Below, piece after piece: positions 38,916 through 48,754 of a stretch of DNA of 64,000 bases; position 1 is the stretch's first letter, and the number at the start of each line of letters is the position of its first letter. Origin of the DNA: Nostoc sp. (GTDB taxonomy: Bacteria > Cyanobacteriota > Cyanobacteriia > Cyanobacteriales > Nostocaceae); contig JBALDB010000007.1 of the NCBI GenBank assembly GCA_036918135.1, positions 1-64,000 of the forward strand. The letters run 5' to 3'. The position numbers and the translations under genes were made by a program. The notes under the pieces were generated by a model, which searched no databases, was not told where the DNA came from, and saw nothing but the letters and a program-made list of their open reading frames with translations.

Positions 38916-41441
38916 TTACAACACAATAATTGCCCACATACTAACACCCACAGCGATCGCTGCTAAATGTTGCCAAAGAAGAGATCTTAATGATTGTTTG
39001 GCAATTTTCTGGGTTAATAATATCGTCAACAACACTGAGAATATTAAAGTTATACCTTGCAAAAAACTAATTACAGCAGGATGAGCAACTAACATTGGTA
39101 GTTGTTCGCCATTCAAACCAAGAGTAGCAAAACTCACAGGTAAAATCCGTCCGCCTTCACTCAAGCCCAAACGCAGATAATGAGCTAAGTTTCCTCCCAA
39201 AACTAATGGTAAATATCCATAGGCAAGCTCTACAAATGATTTTGGCTTCCGGTTAAAGTTGAACAGTTTCAGCAAACCATAAGCCCCGAAGATAAAAGCC
39301 ACTGGAACAATTAACACTACCAGTGATAATCCTAAGTGTTGCCAAAAGTTAGTTAAATCTAGTTGTAACCCTAGCCAAGATTGCAACTCTGGCAAACGAT
39401 GCAGATATACTCCACCTAACAACAAAAACAACAACGCCACTTCATAGGTGCGGGGTACATGGGTTGTCCATAATTCAACTCCAGGGGGACGTAAGTTGAA
39501 TTCTACAGAACGATGGGGACAGGCTTTGAGACAAGTCATGCACAAAACGCAATCTCTGTTGTCTTCTAACTGTGCTGGATGAGAATACAAAGGACATCCA
39601 TTAGTTTCCATCCCTTCACCTTTTTGGGGGCCTCCTTTATAACACTGATAAGTGGTACAACTGGCAGAACAAATGCCTTGTTGTGCCCGAAGTTCTGTCA
39701 TTGAAAGTTTGGCAAATAACCCATTCATCCCACCAATGGGGCAGAGATACCGACACCAATATCGCCGCTCAAAAATAGCAGAGAAAATCATCGCTCCAGC
39801 AGTAATTAATAATAGCAAACAAGCGCTGAGGTAAGCTGTATTTTCTAAATGCCAGAGTTCTTCCCATAAGAAAATTAAGGTAAACAGTCCAAAAAGAAAC
39901 CATCCGCCCCATTTTTCCCCTTGCTCTCTAGGCCAGCGTTTGAGCTTCCGCGGCCACAACCATAAAGATAATTTTTGGGTAATTTCTCCGTAAATCATGA
40001 AAGGACAAACAGAACACCAGATACGTCCTAAAAAGGGAAAGAGAAATAAGAAGAAAGGCCACCACCAAGCCCAAAATAGATTTAAAACGAAATTGCGATC
40101 GCGAGTTTGCGGCCCAATAAATAATACTGCAACAATAATTGCAAAAGCAGTTGCAGTAAAACCATAATTAATCCGATCTGGCCACCATGAACTCCGCAAA
40201 AATTTGCGTAAACCAGGATAAGCATTTAAAAGATTGACTCGAAATCGCTTTTTCTTTGTTTCTGCTGGCCAAAAGATTTCTTCTGTTAATTCATTAGCAT
40301 TTTCAGCTTGGACGATCGCTCTTTCTACGAGATTTTTTAATTCTTTAAGGTTACCAGGAAAATCATAGGACTGTAAGCGACGCAAAGCTTCTGGGGTGAT
40401 GTGCGGTTTAGAAATACCTCTAGCGCGAGCGTAGAGACTGATATAGTATTCCACCTGGGCTTTAATATCAGCTTTTCGCACTCGTAGCGGCGGTACTTTA
40501 ATAACATGACCAACAGAGCGCTCAATTGTTGGCTGAGTTTTTTCAGAAACAATGAGAATGCGTGCTTTACTAGGGCGAGGTTCGGCTTCTGCTTCTCCCG
40601 GACGAGCGACTGGGGCATATGTGCCAGTTTTGACCAACTGTGTCACAGCAGGTAATAACTCTTGGGGTAATTCTTGAATGTTGTTGAAAACTAAGGTACC
40701 TTCTCCGAGCCATTCTAACAGTCCTGGTTTACCGCCAACGCGACCAAATAAATCTGCACCACTCGTTTGCAGAATACCACAATTAACTTTAATAATTGGT
40801 TCTCGCCTTTTGGGAGAACCAAAGTGAATTAAGGCTGCTATATTGTCTTTTTCTAATCCCGGTTCGCCAAAAATATCCACTGACTTACGGTCATTAGCAG
40901 CTTCTCGAATTTGCTCCCGCAGACGCACAGCATAGCGACTTGTACCGACAATTCCCCGTTGCGCTTTGGTGACTAAATACGGACGCAAAGCGACGGAACG
41001 TTCTTGTTCGTAGCCAAGTGCAGATGTCAACTCAGCTAATTCTTGAGCCAATTGACGGGAAAAAGCCTGAGCAATTTCCGGGTATTGGCTAACTAATTCT
41101 CGAAATTTTTCAGCAGGTACAACCCATAAGTGACATTCTGTGAGGGTAACAATTGTGAATGTGGCTAACTCATCTAAGAGTAACTCTTGGAGGTGAATGA
41201 CTTCTCCGGGAAGGAATCCACGAACTAAAGCTGAGTTCTGATGATCGGTGCTATCACATTCAAGTTGACCATCTCTAAGAATGTAAAGTGCTTCTGGGCG
41301 CGTTCCTTCGTTAACCAGGTTTACTTGTGGTGGTACAACTTGTTCTTCAATGACTTGGGCGATCGCATCCAACACCTCAGGTGAGAGAATTCCTAAAGTT
41401 GTGCGCTCTTGTAGCCATGTAACCGTTTCTGGAGATGTCAT
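38916..41441 (-). CDS. cNMP-binding + sigma54-interaction-like AAA+ + polytopic 4Fe-4S-binding membrane protein
   Basis: N-terminal cNMP fold; GEPGLEKD; YDFPGNLKELKNLVERA; GRIWCSVCP, WCRYLCPIG, DCVLCMTCLKACP. Confidence 0.85.
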   Translation of the reverse strand: MTSPETVTWLQERTTLGILSPEVLDAIAQVIEEQVVPPQVNLVNEGTRPEALYILRDGQLECDSTDHQNSALVRGFLPGEVIHLQELLLDELATFTIVTLTECHLWVVPAEKFRELVSQYPEIAQAFSRQLAQELAELTSALGYEQERSVALRPYLVTKAQRGIVGTSRYAVRLREQIREAANDRKSVDIFGEPGLEKDNIAALIHFGSPKRREPIIKVNCGILQTSGADLFGRVGGKPGLLEWLGEGTLVFNNIQELPQELLPAVTQLVKTGTYAPVARPGEAEAEPRPSKARILIVSEKTQPTIERSVGHVIKVPPLRVRKADIKAQVEYYISLYARARGISKPHITPEALRRLQSYDFPGNLKELKNLVERAIVQAENANELTEEIFWPAETKKKRFRVNLLNAYPGLRKFLRSSWWPDRINYGFTATAFAIIVAVLFIGPQTRDRNFVLNLFWAWWWPFFLFLFPFLGRIWCSVCPFMIYGEITQKLSLWLWPRKLKRWPREQGEKWGGWFLFGLFTLIFLWEELWHLENTAYLSACLLLLITAGAMIFSAIFERRYWCRYLCPIGGMNGLFAKLSMTELRAQQGICSASCTTYQCYKGGPQKGEGMETNGCPLYSHPAQLEDNRDCVLCMTCLKACPHRSVEFNLRPPGVELWTTHVPRTYEVALLFLLLGGVYLHRLPELQSWLGLQLDLTNFWQHLGLSLVVLIVPVAFIFGAYGLLKLFNFNRKPKSFVELAYGYLPLVLGGNLAHYLRLGLSEGGRILPVSFATLGLNGEQLPMLVAHPAVISFLQGITLIFSVLLTILLTQKIAKQSLRSLLWQHLAAIAVGVSMWAIIVL

Positions 41442-42182
41442 ACTCGGTTCTCCGTGCAGGTTGCCGTATCAAAGGAATTATCCCTTGAAAGTTGGTCAAC
41501 AATTCAAAATTCTCAATTCTCAATTCTCAATCAAGTTCAATTCTGCCTACAGTTTGCCTTTTCTCTTAAACTCTGTAGTACGTTCCCAGAGTTTTTTTCA
41601 TTCTCCGGAATAAATAAAGGAAGCCAGTATATTGCTTTTTCTAGCAATCTATTAGTATCATCATTCAAATCTTCAATCAACCTTACTACTGCCTTAAATC
41701 CCAGTTTCGGAATTGCAAATTCTAACCAAAACTTAATAGATTGAGCATTAAATTTAAGAAGTCTATAGTTAAATCACTTTGTTACATAATATTTTTTATC
41801 TAAAACTTTCTTTACCATTGCAATAGTAACTTGACTTTTTTGTCAACCATCAGCTTGATGATTTCATAAGATTCAATTTCAGGTATTGACTTCAAATACT
41901 CTAAAATTATCTTTTCATCATCAGAAGATAAGCCTCTATAAGTGCTAGCCTCTATCAACTGTCAAATATTCTCGTCCATAATTTATTGTTAAAAAAGTGA
42001 AATATTGCTGCTCTTAGCTGTTGACAATTAACAGTTGACAGGCACTACTGATGTTTTCACAACTCAAATAGGATTGTCATAGTATGCCAAGAACTAGGAA
42101 ATAGTGGAGAATATTTTGTAATATCAAAAAGTCTCAATTGCACATCTAGTGAATTAATTGTAACAATCGATTCCAGAAAATT

Positions 42183-42818
42183 ATGGCATTATATCTAGAT
42201 TCGGCGATCGCATCGGAAGCAGAAATAGTCAAACATTGGGGTTGGGTAAAGGGCATTACAACTAATCCCACGCTTTTAGCTCAAAGCGACACTCCACCAG
42301 AAACTACGCTGCAAAAATTGGCTGCCTTGACAAACGGCCCGTTGTACTATCAACTTATGGCAGCTGATAAAGCAGGAATGTTGGCTGAAGGTAGAAAAGC
42401 TTTCGAGATTATTGGTTCAAAAACAATTTTGAAGATTCCGGCAACACCTTTAGGGTTTGAAGTAGTAGCAATTTTGTCTTCAGAAATTACCTGCTCGGTG
42501 ACAGCAATCTATAGTGCAGCACAAGCGGCAGTAGCACGGGAAGCTGGAGCAAAAATTGCCATAGCTTATGTAAATCGTGCTACTCGGTTATTGGGTGATG
42601 GCATTGCCTTAGTCCGGGAGATGGCTAGCGTACTCCAAGGTAGCGACACGGAAATTTTAGCAGCTAGTATTAAATCTCCCCAAGAAGCAGCCGCTTCATT
42701 GCAAGCCGGGGCGGATCATTTGACTTTACCATTGGCAATGTTGCAAGCGATCGCTACCCATGAATTATCACAAAATACTGTTGAAGAATTCGCCCAACAA
42801 GGCATCGGTTTGAGATAA
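42183..42818 (+). CDS. Transaldolase / fructose-6-phosphate aldolase family
   Basis: LYLDSA, GITTNPTLL, LKIPAT, AYVNR, ILAASIKS. Confidence 0.9.
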   Translation: MALYLDSAIASEAEIVKHWGWVKGITTNPTLLAQSDTPPETTLQKLAALTNGPLYYQLMAADKAGMLAEGRKAFEIIGSKTILKIPATPLGFEVVAILSSEITCSVTAIYSAAQAAVAREAGAKIAIAYVNRATRLLGDGIALVREMASVLQGSDTEILAASIKSPQEAAASLQAGADHLTLPLAMLQAIATHELSQNTVEEFAQQGIGLR

Positions 42819-42845
42819 TTCCTAATTTGTAATTCCTAATTAAAT

Positions 42846-42938
42846 ATGAGTTTGTCAGATATTCCCAATCTCTGGGTTCCTTTAGTACTTCTAGGTTTGA
42901 TTGTCCTAGCTGCTGTATTTTTCAGTCGCAGTAGTTAA
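42846..42938 (+). CDS. Putative 30-aa single-TM microprotein
   Basis: MSLSDIPNLWVPLVLLGLIVLAAVFFSRSS*; below the ORF-track size cut-off. Confidence 0.5.
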   Translation: MSLSDIPNLWVPLVLLGLIVLAAVFFSRSS

Positions 42939-42977
42939 GCTAAACATAACAGTAGAGATGTCAGTTCTATGTTTGCT

Positions 42978-43229
42978 GTTGTCATCACCAGCTACACAGA
43001 TATAAATGATTACCTACCTTATCGAGTAGCATAAGTTTGGTTATTGACAAAGAATCAGTTGGTGATTTACAGATTGCAAGGCGATCGCTACACTATTGAA
43101 ACTAGCAGTCGCTACTTTCCAAACATTAATGTGTCACAAGTAATTACTGAATATTTGCAAATTGCCTACGAGCGTAATACTAGCGCAGCTATTCGAGAAT
43201 TACGGCGCAAATTAGCAAGTGGAAATTGA
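42978..43229 (+). pseudogene. Uma2-family endonuclease C-terminal remnant
   Basis: VVITSYTDINDYLPYRVA*VWLLTKNQLVIYRLQGDRY...SRYFPNI, with in-frame TAA at 43032-43034 and no N-terminus. Confidence 0.7.
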
Positions 43230-43353
43230 ATATTTTGCTTTGCGGCCTTAGTATATCAACAATTATCGTGCAGATAATCTTCTTTAACGGCAGCTACTTT
43301 GTACGATAAAGTACAAAGTGTCACTCTTAAATAAATAGAAAAGGAATGCGTAC

Positions 43354-43929
43354 ATGGTAAAGGGGAGGTTAGAAGCATTCAGTGATGGGGTGATTGCCAT
43401 CATCATTACCATCATGGTGCTAGAAATTAAAGTGCCGCATGGAAGTAATTTAGCCGCACTGCGTCCGCTGATACCAATATTTATCAGCTATCTGCTGAGT
43501 TTTATTTATCTTGGCATTTATTGGAACAACCACCATCACTTATTACAGGCAATTCGCTATGTTAATGGGCGTATCCTTTGGGCGAATCTGCATCTGCTAT
43601 TTTGGTTGTCGTTAATCCCCTTCGTTACTGGCTGGATGGGCGAGAATCACTTTGACACTATACCAGTTGTCCTTTATGGTACGGTTTTATTATTTTCTGC
43701 GATCGCCTACTTTATCCTCACCCGTACTCTGATTTCTGTTCACGGCAGCGATTCCACTTTAGCAGTCGCACTCGGTCGAGACTTTAAAGGAAAAATATCT
43801 GTAGTTTTTTATGCTGTAGCAATTCCCCTGGCTTTTCTAAATTCGTGGCTTGCTTGTGTACTATACATTTTGGTCGCAGTTATCTGGCTGATCCCCGACC
43901 TTCGCATTGAGAAGACCTTAACTTCCTAA
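43354..43929 (+). CDS. TMEM175-family (DUF1211) K+ channel-like protein
   Basis: RLEAFSDGVIAIIITIMVLEIKVP; YWNNHHHL. Confidence 0.92.
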   Translation: MVKGRLEAFSDGVIAIIITIMVLEIKVPHGSNLAALRPLIPIFISYLLSFIYLGIYWNNHHHLLQAIRYVNGRILWANLHLLFWLSLIPFVTGWMGENHFDTIPVVLYGTVLLFSAIAYFILTRTLISVHGSDSTLAVALGRDFKGKISVVFYAVAIPLAFLNSWLACVLYILVAVIWLIPDLRIEKTLTS

Positions 43930-43967
43930 CATCGAGCTGCGATCGAGTAAATCGCATCTAAGTATGA

Positions 43968-44660
43968 TTATTGGCTAGCAAAAGCCAAGTCACTTTCAAT
44001 TAACTTGGCACCTGTTAGGTTAGCCCCACTCAAATTGCAAAAGTGAAAATTTGCCCCTCTGAGGTCTGCTAGTGCTAGATTAGCTCCCGTTAAATTTGCA
44101 CCAGTAAGGTTAACTTCACTTAAGTTAGCCTTACTGAGGTTAGCTCCCTGAAGTGAAGCTTGTTGCAGGTCTGCTCCTGTTAGGTTTGTCCTCATTAGGT
44201 ATGCCGAAATCAGGTCGGCTCCACTTAAATTAGCTTGGCTTAAATCTGCTGCTGTTAAATCAGCTTTAGTTAGATTAGCTTTACTTAGGTCTGCCCGACT
44301 CAACTGAGCATAACTAAGGTTAATTTCACTTAGCTTCACTGCTGCAAGTACTGCACACCTCAAATTAGCATTAACAAAATTTCTTTCTCCCATTGCATAA
44401 CGGCGTAAAATTTCATCAGTTGTTACTCTATCTAAAACAGCTTTTGATGCGCCCTGATAACACCATCTAGCTTCTAAGAGTTTGGCAGCAGTGTTAACAG
44501 CTACCTCATCACATTTAGCCATTATTACACCATTGCAGCCATCCCACTGACCGTTAAGTATAAAGGCAATTTCATTAGCAGCAGCAATTGAGTCAAATAG
44601 CAAAACAGATTCTTTATGCTGTTTTAACCAATTATTCCAAAAAGAGATAATATTTTTCAT
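43968..44660 (-). CDS. Pentapeptide repeat protein
   Basis: YAMGERNF followed by A(D/N)Lxx repeats. Confidence 0.9.
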   Translation of the reverse strand: MKNIISFWNNWLKQHKESVLLFDSIAAANEIAFILNGQWDGCNGVIMAKCDEVAVNTAAKLLEARWCYQGASKAVLDRVTTDEILRRYAMGERNFVNANLRCAVLAAVKLSEINLSYAQLSRADLSKANLTKADLTAADLSQANLSGADLISAYLMRTNLTGADLQQASLQGANLSKANLSEVNLTGANLTGANLALADLRGANFHFCNLSGANLTGAKLIESDLAFASQ

Positions 44661-44936
44661 TTTTATAAGTTTTAGCAGCTTAAGTGACGATTACAGCTCT
44701 AACTTCTAAATATTAATCAACTCTGCTTACTCTAACTCTCGGTTAAGTTGTTTAGAGTTAGTTTAATTAGTTACCAACACAAAACACTACGCTTCGTTTT
44801 TCAAAATTGCCTCTTTGCGCTACTTTGTGACACAGCGCTGTACAAAGACTTACAACACTGATGTAGCCCATTTACAGCGCCCAGTCACAAAGAAGTTACA
44901 ATCGGCTTAAGTACAAATGTCTGCAAGAACTAAGTT

Positions 44937-45119
44937 CTAGACAACTGAATTTGAGCGTTCTATTTGTTGCCGAACGGTATCAATAGAAGCATTAATACCA
45001 GCTAGTTTGGATTCTAAATCATCTCGTATCCAAATCAAGAATCTTAGTTTCCGCTCTAAGCTAGCTTTATGCGAAATGGGTTCGCTTCCAAAACAAGGGT
45101 TACTCCAAAAAGGAAACAT
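44937..45119 (-). CDS. Small hypothetical coiled-coil protein
   Basis: 60 aa, ATG start; LERKLRFLIWIRDDLESKLAGINASIDTVRQQI. Confidence 0.55.
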   Translation of the reverse strand: MFPFWSNPCFGSEPISHKASLERKLRFLIWIRDDLESKLAGINASIDTVRQQIERSNSVV

Positions 45120-45319
45120 AGTTGACCTGTGTATTTAGCTTTTGTAACAGTGCAATATATCGCACTACTACAATTATGACTAATAATAATCAGACTAGTG
45201 TGTGTAATAACCGACCCAAATTATGGGTGTTTAGCGAATAGATGCAAAAATTTGTCTTCAAAAATATTGAAGGTATTTTCTCAAGTTGTCAACTAGAAAG
45301 TAATAATTTAATGACATTA

Positions 45320-45566
45320 TGTGTGGTCATTCCTGCCTTTTTCAAAACAGATAGAGAAAGCAATTGATTGAGAGATTCGTAAAACCTGAGAACTAGCAAC
45401 AACAGCACCTCATTAAAAAAAGTAGAATCAAAAGTTCTTAACTCGTTGAACGTTGAAGCGTTTAGTAGTTTGGATTGACAATCAATTTAATCTCAAATGT
45501 AGTCGTGAATTAGTGCGTAAGACTCTCAAGAATTTAGGATTTTCCCGGAAAAAAGCGCAAAAATAG
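45320..45566 (+). pseudogene. Degraded IS630-family transposase fragment (winged HTH)
   Basis: R*TLKRLVVWIDNQFNLKCSRELVRKTLKNLGFSRKKAQK* at ~45444-45566; boundaries approximate. Confidence 0.65.
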
Positions 45567-45848
45567 CTATTTTAAGATTGTTACAACTAGATTTTTTAAG
45601 TAATTATTCTTTCATTTTTTATCAAGAAAAATGTGACTAATGCACACCTCTATTTTTAGCAAAGGTATTACATAATACTTATTTTTCCTTCTGTCTCCTG
45701 CCCTCTGCCAGAGCCGCCCAAAGAGCAGATAACTTTGACTACTTTCATTATTTTTCAAATGTTCCAAATAAACAGCAACGAAGATTATAATTTTGCTACA
45801 TCTTTGTTAAGAAACGTTACAAGACTCTTAACACAAGGAAATATTTTT

Positions 45849-47261
45849 ATGGTAGTTTCACTTGAGAAGAATGTACCACATCAGGTTGTAATCATTGGTG
45901 GAGGCTTTGGTGGACTGTATACAGCAAAGACTCTGAAGAAAGCGAATGTCAATGTTACTCTGATCGATAAACGTAACTTTCATCTATTTCAGCCGCTTTT
46001 ATATCAGGTTGCCACAGGTACGCTATCACCTGCTGACATTTCTTCACCATTACGAGCTATTTTTAAGAAAAGCAAGAATACACATGTGTTCTTGGGAGAA
46101 GTAAATGATATCGATCCAGAAACCCAAGAAGTTATTCTGCGCGATCGAACAATACCCTACGATACATTAGTTGTTGCCACAGGTGCTAACCATTTCTATT
46201 ATGGTCACGATAACTGGAGACCATTGGCTCCAGGCTTGAAAACTGTTGAAGATGCGGTAGAAATGCGTCGCCGGATATTTTCGGCATTTGAAGCAGCAGA
46301 AAAAGAAACCGATCCCGAACTACGCCGTGCTTGGTTGACCTTTGTAATTGTTGGTGGTGGCCCTACAGGTGTAGAATTAGCGGGTGCGATCGCAGAGTTG
46401 GCACATAAAACTCTCAAAGAAGATTTCCGCAACATCGATACCTCAGAAACTAAGATTTTGTTATTGCAAGGAGGCGAGTACATCCTCCCTCATATGGCAT
46501 CACAGTTATCAGAAGTAGGAAAAGTATCCTTGCAAAAGTTGGGTGTGGTAGTCAACACAAAAACTAGGGTAACGAATATTGAAAATGATATCGTTACTTT
46601 CAAGCAAGGCGAGGAAGTTGAAGAAATTGCCTCAAAAACTATATTATGGGCAGCAGGTGTCAAAGGTTCCGCTATGGGGCAAGTTTTAGCAAACCGCACA
46701 GGTGTAGAGTGCGATCGCTCTGGACGTGTGATTGTAGAACCAGACTTGACAATTAAGGGTTATAAAAATATCTTTGTCATCGGAGATTTAGCCAACTTCT
46801 CTTATCAAGATGCAAAACCATTACCTGGTGTTGCACCCGTAGCCAAACAACAAGGAGAGTATGTAGCTAAACTCATTAAAAAACGTCTTCAAGGTCAAAT
46901 ACTACCACAATTTCGTTACAATGACGTAGGTAGTTTGGCAATGATTGGCAAAAATTTAGCTGTTGTAGATTTAAGCTTCATCAAACTCCAAGGTTTCCTT
47001 GCTTGGATATTTTGGTTAATCGTTCATATCTACTTCTTAATCGAGTTTGATACTAAATTAGTAGTAGTATTTCAGTGGGCATGGAATTATATCACTCGTA
47101 ATCGTCGCTCTAGATTGATTACAGGTCAAGAAGCTTTGGAAGAAGCAAAAATTGTTAACAACAGCACTGAGGCGACTAAAATCACTAACCCTCCCACTCA
47201 ACCAACATCTCATTCCAAATTGCAATCTTACACTGCGGATATCGAAGCAGCAACTTCCTGA
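45849..47261 (+). CDS. Type II NADH dehydrogenase (NDH-2)
   Basis: VVIIGGGFGG, FQPLLYQVATG, VIVGGGPTGVELAG, LPGVAPVAKQQG. ATG at 45849 preferred. Confidence 0.92.
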   Translation: MVVSLEKNVPHQVVIIGGGFGGLYTAKTLKKANVNVTLIDKRNFHLFQPLLYQVATGTLSPADISSPLRAIFKKSKNTHVFLGEVNDIDPETQEVILRDRTIPYDTLVVATGANHFYYGHDNWRPLAPGLKTVEDAVEMRRRIFSAFEAAEKETDPELRRAWLTFVIVGGGPTGVELAGAIAELAHKTLKEDFRNIDTSETKILLLQGGEYILPHMASQLSEVGKVSLQKLGVVVNTKTRVTNIENDIVTFKQGEEVEEIASKTILWAAGVKGSAMGQVLANRTGVECDRSGRVIVEPDLTIKGYKNIFVIGDLANFSYQDAKPLPGVAPVAKQQGEYVAKLIKKRLQGQILPQFRYNDVGSLAMIGKNLAVVDLSFIKLQGFLAWIFWLIVHIYFLIEFDTKLVVVFQWAWNYITRNRRSRLITGQEALEEAKIVNNSTEATKITNPPTQPTSHSKLQSYTADIEAATS

Positions 47262-47660
47262 TTAATATCAGTAAAACAGGGCGATTGTAAAGATAATCTT
47301 TGCTCTCAATACCTGTAAATTGGTTTTCTCTTGAGATGTTAAACATGTTAATTCAATTGTTCCACTTGAGTTGAAGTTTTTTCATTTTCAGCGACAGATA
47401 CGACAGTCTTCTTGCAGGCAATCAAAGAAACTAATAGTAAATGAATAAGGAAACTCCAAAAAATAAATTATCCCCTTTGAAGTTGATGACTGATGAGAGC
47501 CAGTTGCTTCTCTTGTCGGAGACGCTACGCGAACAAGTCGGCAAAGCGCACGGGCGCACTGGCTCCTGTTGAGTGTTAACAGTGGGATATTTTTTGATTT
47601 GGAAGTCCCTTAGGTTTTGAAATAGAGAATCTCGCGTTCATCAGGAGAGTTGAGATTGCC

Positions 47661-48401
47661 TCATGCAATTCCACCATTTACACGAATATTTTGCCCAGTA
47701 ATCCACTTGGCTTCCTCGCTAGCAAGAAATGCTACTACGTCGGCAATTTCTTGTACCTCTCCCAATTTACCAAAAGCAGCCATTTGGGCTAAATGGTCTA
47801 TCTGTTCTTGTGTTTTGCCTTCTCGAAATAATTCTGTATCGGTGGGGCCAGGAGAAATAACATTAACTGCGATCGCTTTTGCTCCCAATTCTTTAGCTAG
47901 TACCCGTGTGATTTGTTCAACAGCACCTTTGGTTGCTACATAGGCGCTATAAGTTGGCAGCATCATCACCGTTGTTGATGAGGAAAAGTTGATAATTCGT
48001 CCTCCTTCTGCCATGTGTTCTGCGGCTTGTTGACAAGCAAAATAAGTTCCTTTGACGTTAATAGCAAAAATGCGATCGAAATCTTCTTCTGTCACTTGAG
48101 TAATTGGTTTATAGAAAGCGATTCCGGCATTATTGACCAAAATATCCAATTTAGTAAAGTGTTTAAGTGTTTGCTCGAACAAGCCTTGGACTTCAGTTAC
48201 CTTGCTGACATCGGCTTTTAGGGCAACTGCCTGTACTCCTAATTTTTCGATTTCTGCAACAACTTCCTGTGCTTTGTCTGCATTACCCGCATAGTTAACA
48301 ACAATAGATGCGCCGTTACCAGCTAACTTAAGTGCGATCGCTCGTCCAATTCCCCGCGATGCACCTGTCACAATTGCAACTTTCCCTGCTAAAGATGCCA
48401 T
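47661..48401 (-). CDS. Short-chain dehydrogenase/reductase
   Basis: TGASRGIG, NNAG, YVATK, SPGPTDT. Confidence 0.95.
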   Translation of the reverse strand: MASLAGKVAIVTGASRGIGRAIALKLAGNGASIVVNYAGNADKAQEVVAEIEKLGVQAVALKADVSKVTEVQGLFEQTLKHFTKLDILVNNAGIAFYKPITQVTEEDFDRIFAINVKGTYFACQQAAEHMAEGGRIINFSSSTTVMMLPTYSAYVATKGAVEQITRVLAKELGAKAIAVNVISPGPTDTELFREGKTQEQIDHLAQMAAFGKLGEVQEIADVVAFLASEEAKWITGQNIRVNGGIA

Positions 48402-48514
48402 AATTAATCTGGTTTTATTTAGTTCATGAAAGTGATTATCTGCTGTTAAAGTACTGTACCAAGGTTAAATTTAGCAATTTTATTCGGTAGACTCCCTTTA
48501 ACAGTCATCAGTTC

Positions 48515-48642
48515 AGGACTTACGCACTGACTACGATTTTACGTCATTACGAGTGAAGCGAAGTAATCGCCAAAAACTCTGGGATTGCTTCCCTACACTA
48601 CGTTCCGGTCGCAATGACATTGGGAGTGCTTGCGTAAGTTCT
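48515..48642. mobile_element. MITE-like element with AGGACTTACGCA termini
   Basis: aggacttacgca...tgcgtaagttct; internal gtcattacgag...tcgcaatgac palindrome. Confidence 0.75.
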
Positions 48643-48754
48643 ACAGTTATCAGTTTTGTCTGTTTAGTCAAAGTTCCTGATAAAAAGGTGGTAAGCGTTA
48701 GGCTGCGGTAAAACAGACATACGCCTAATAACTATTCACTGTTTGCGGTTTTTA

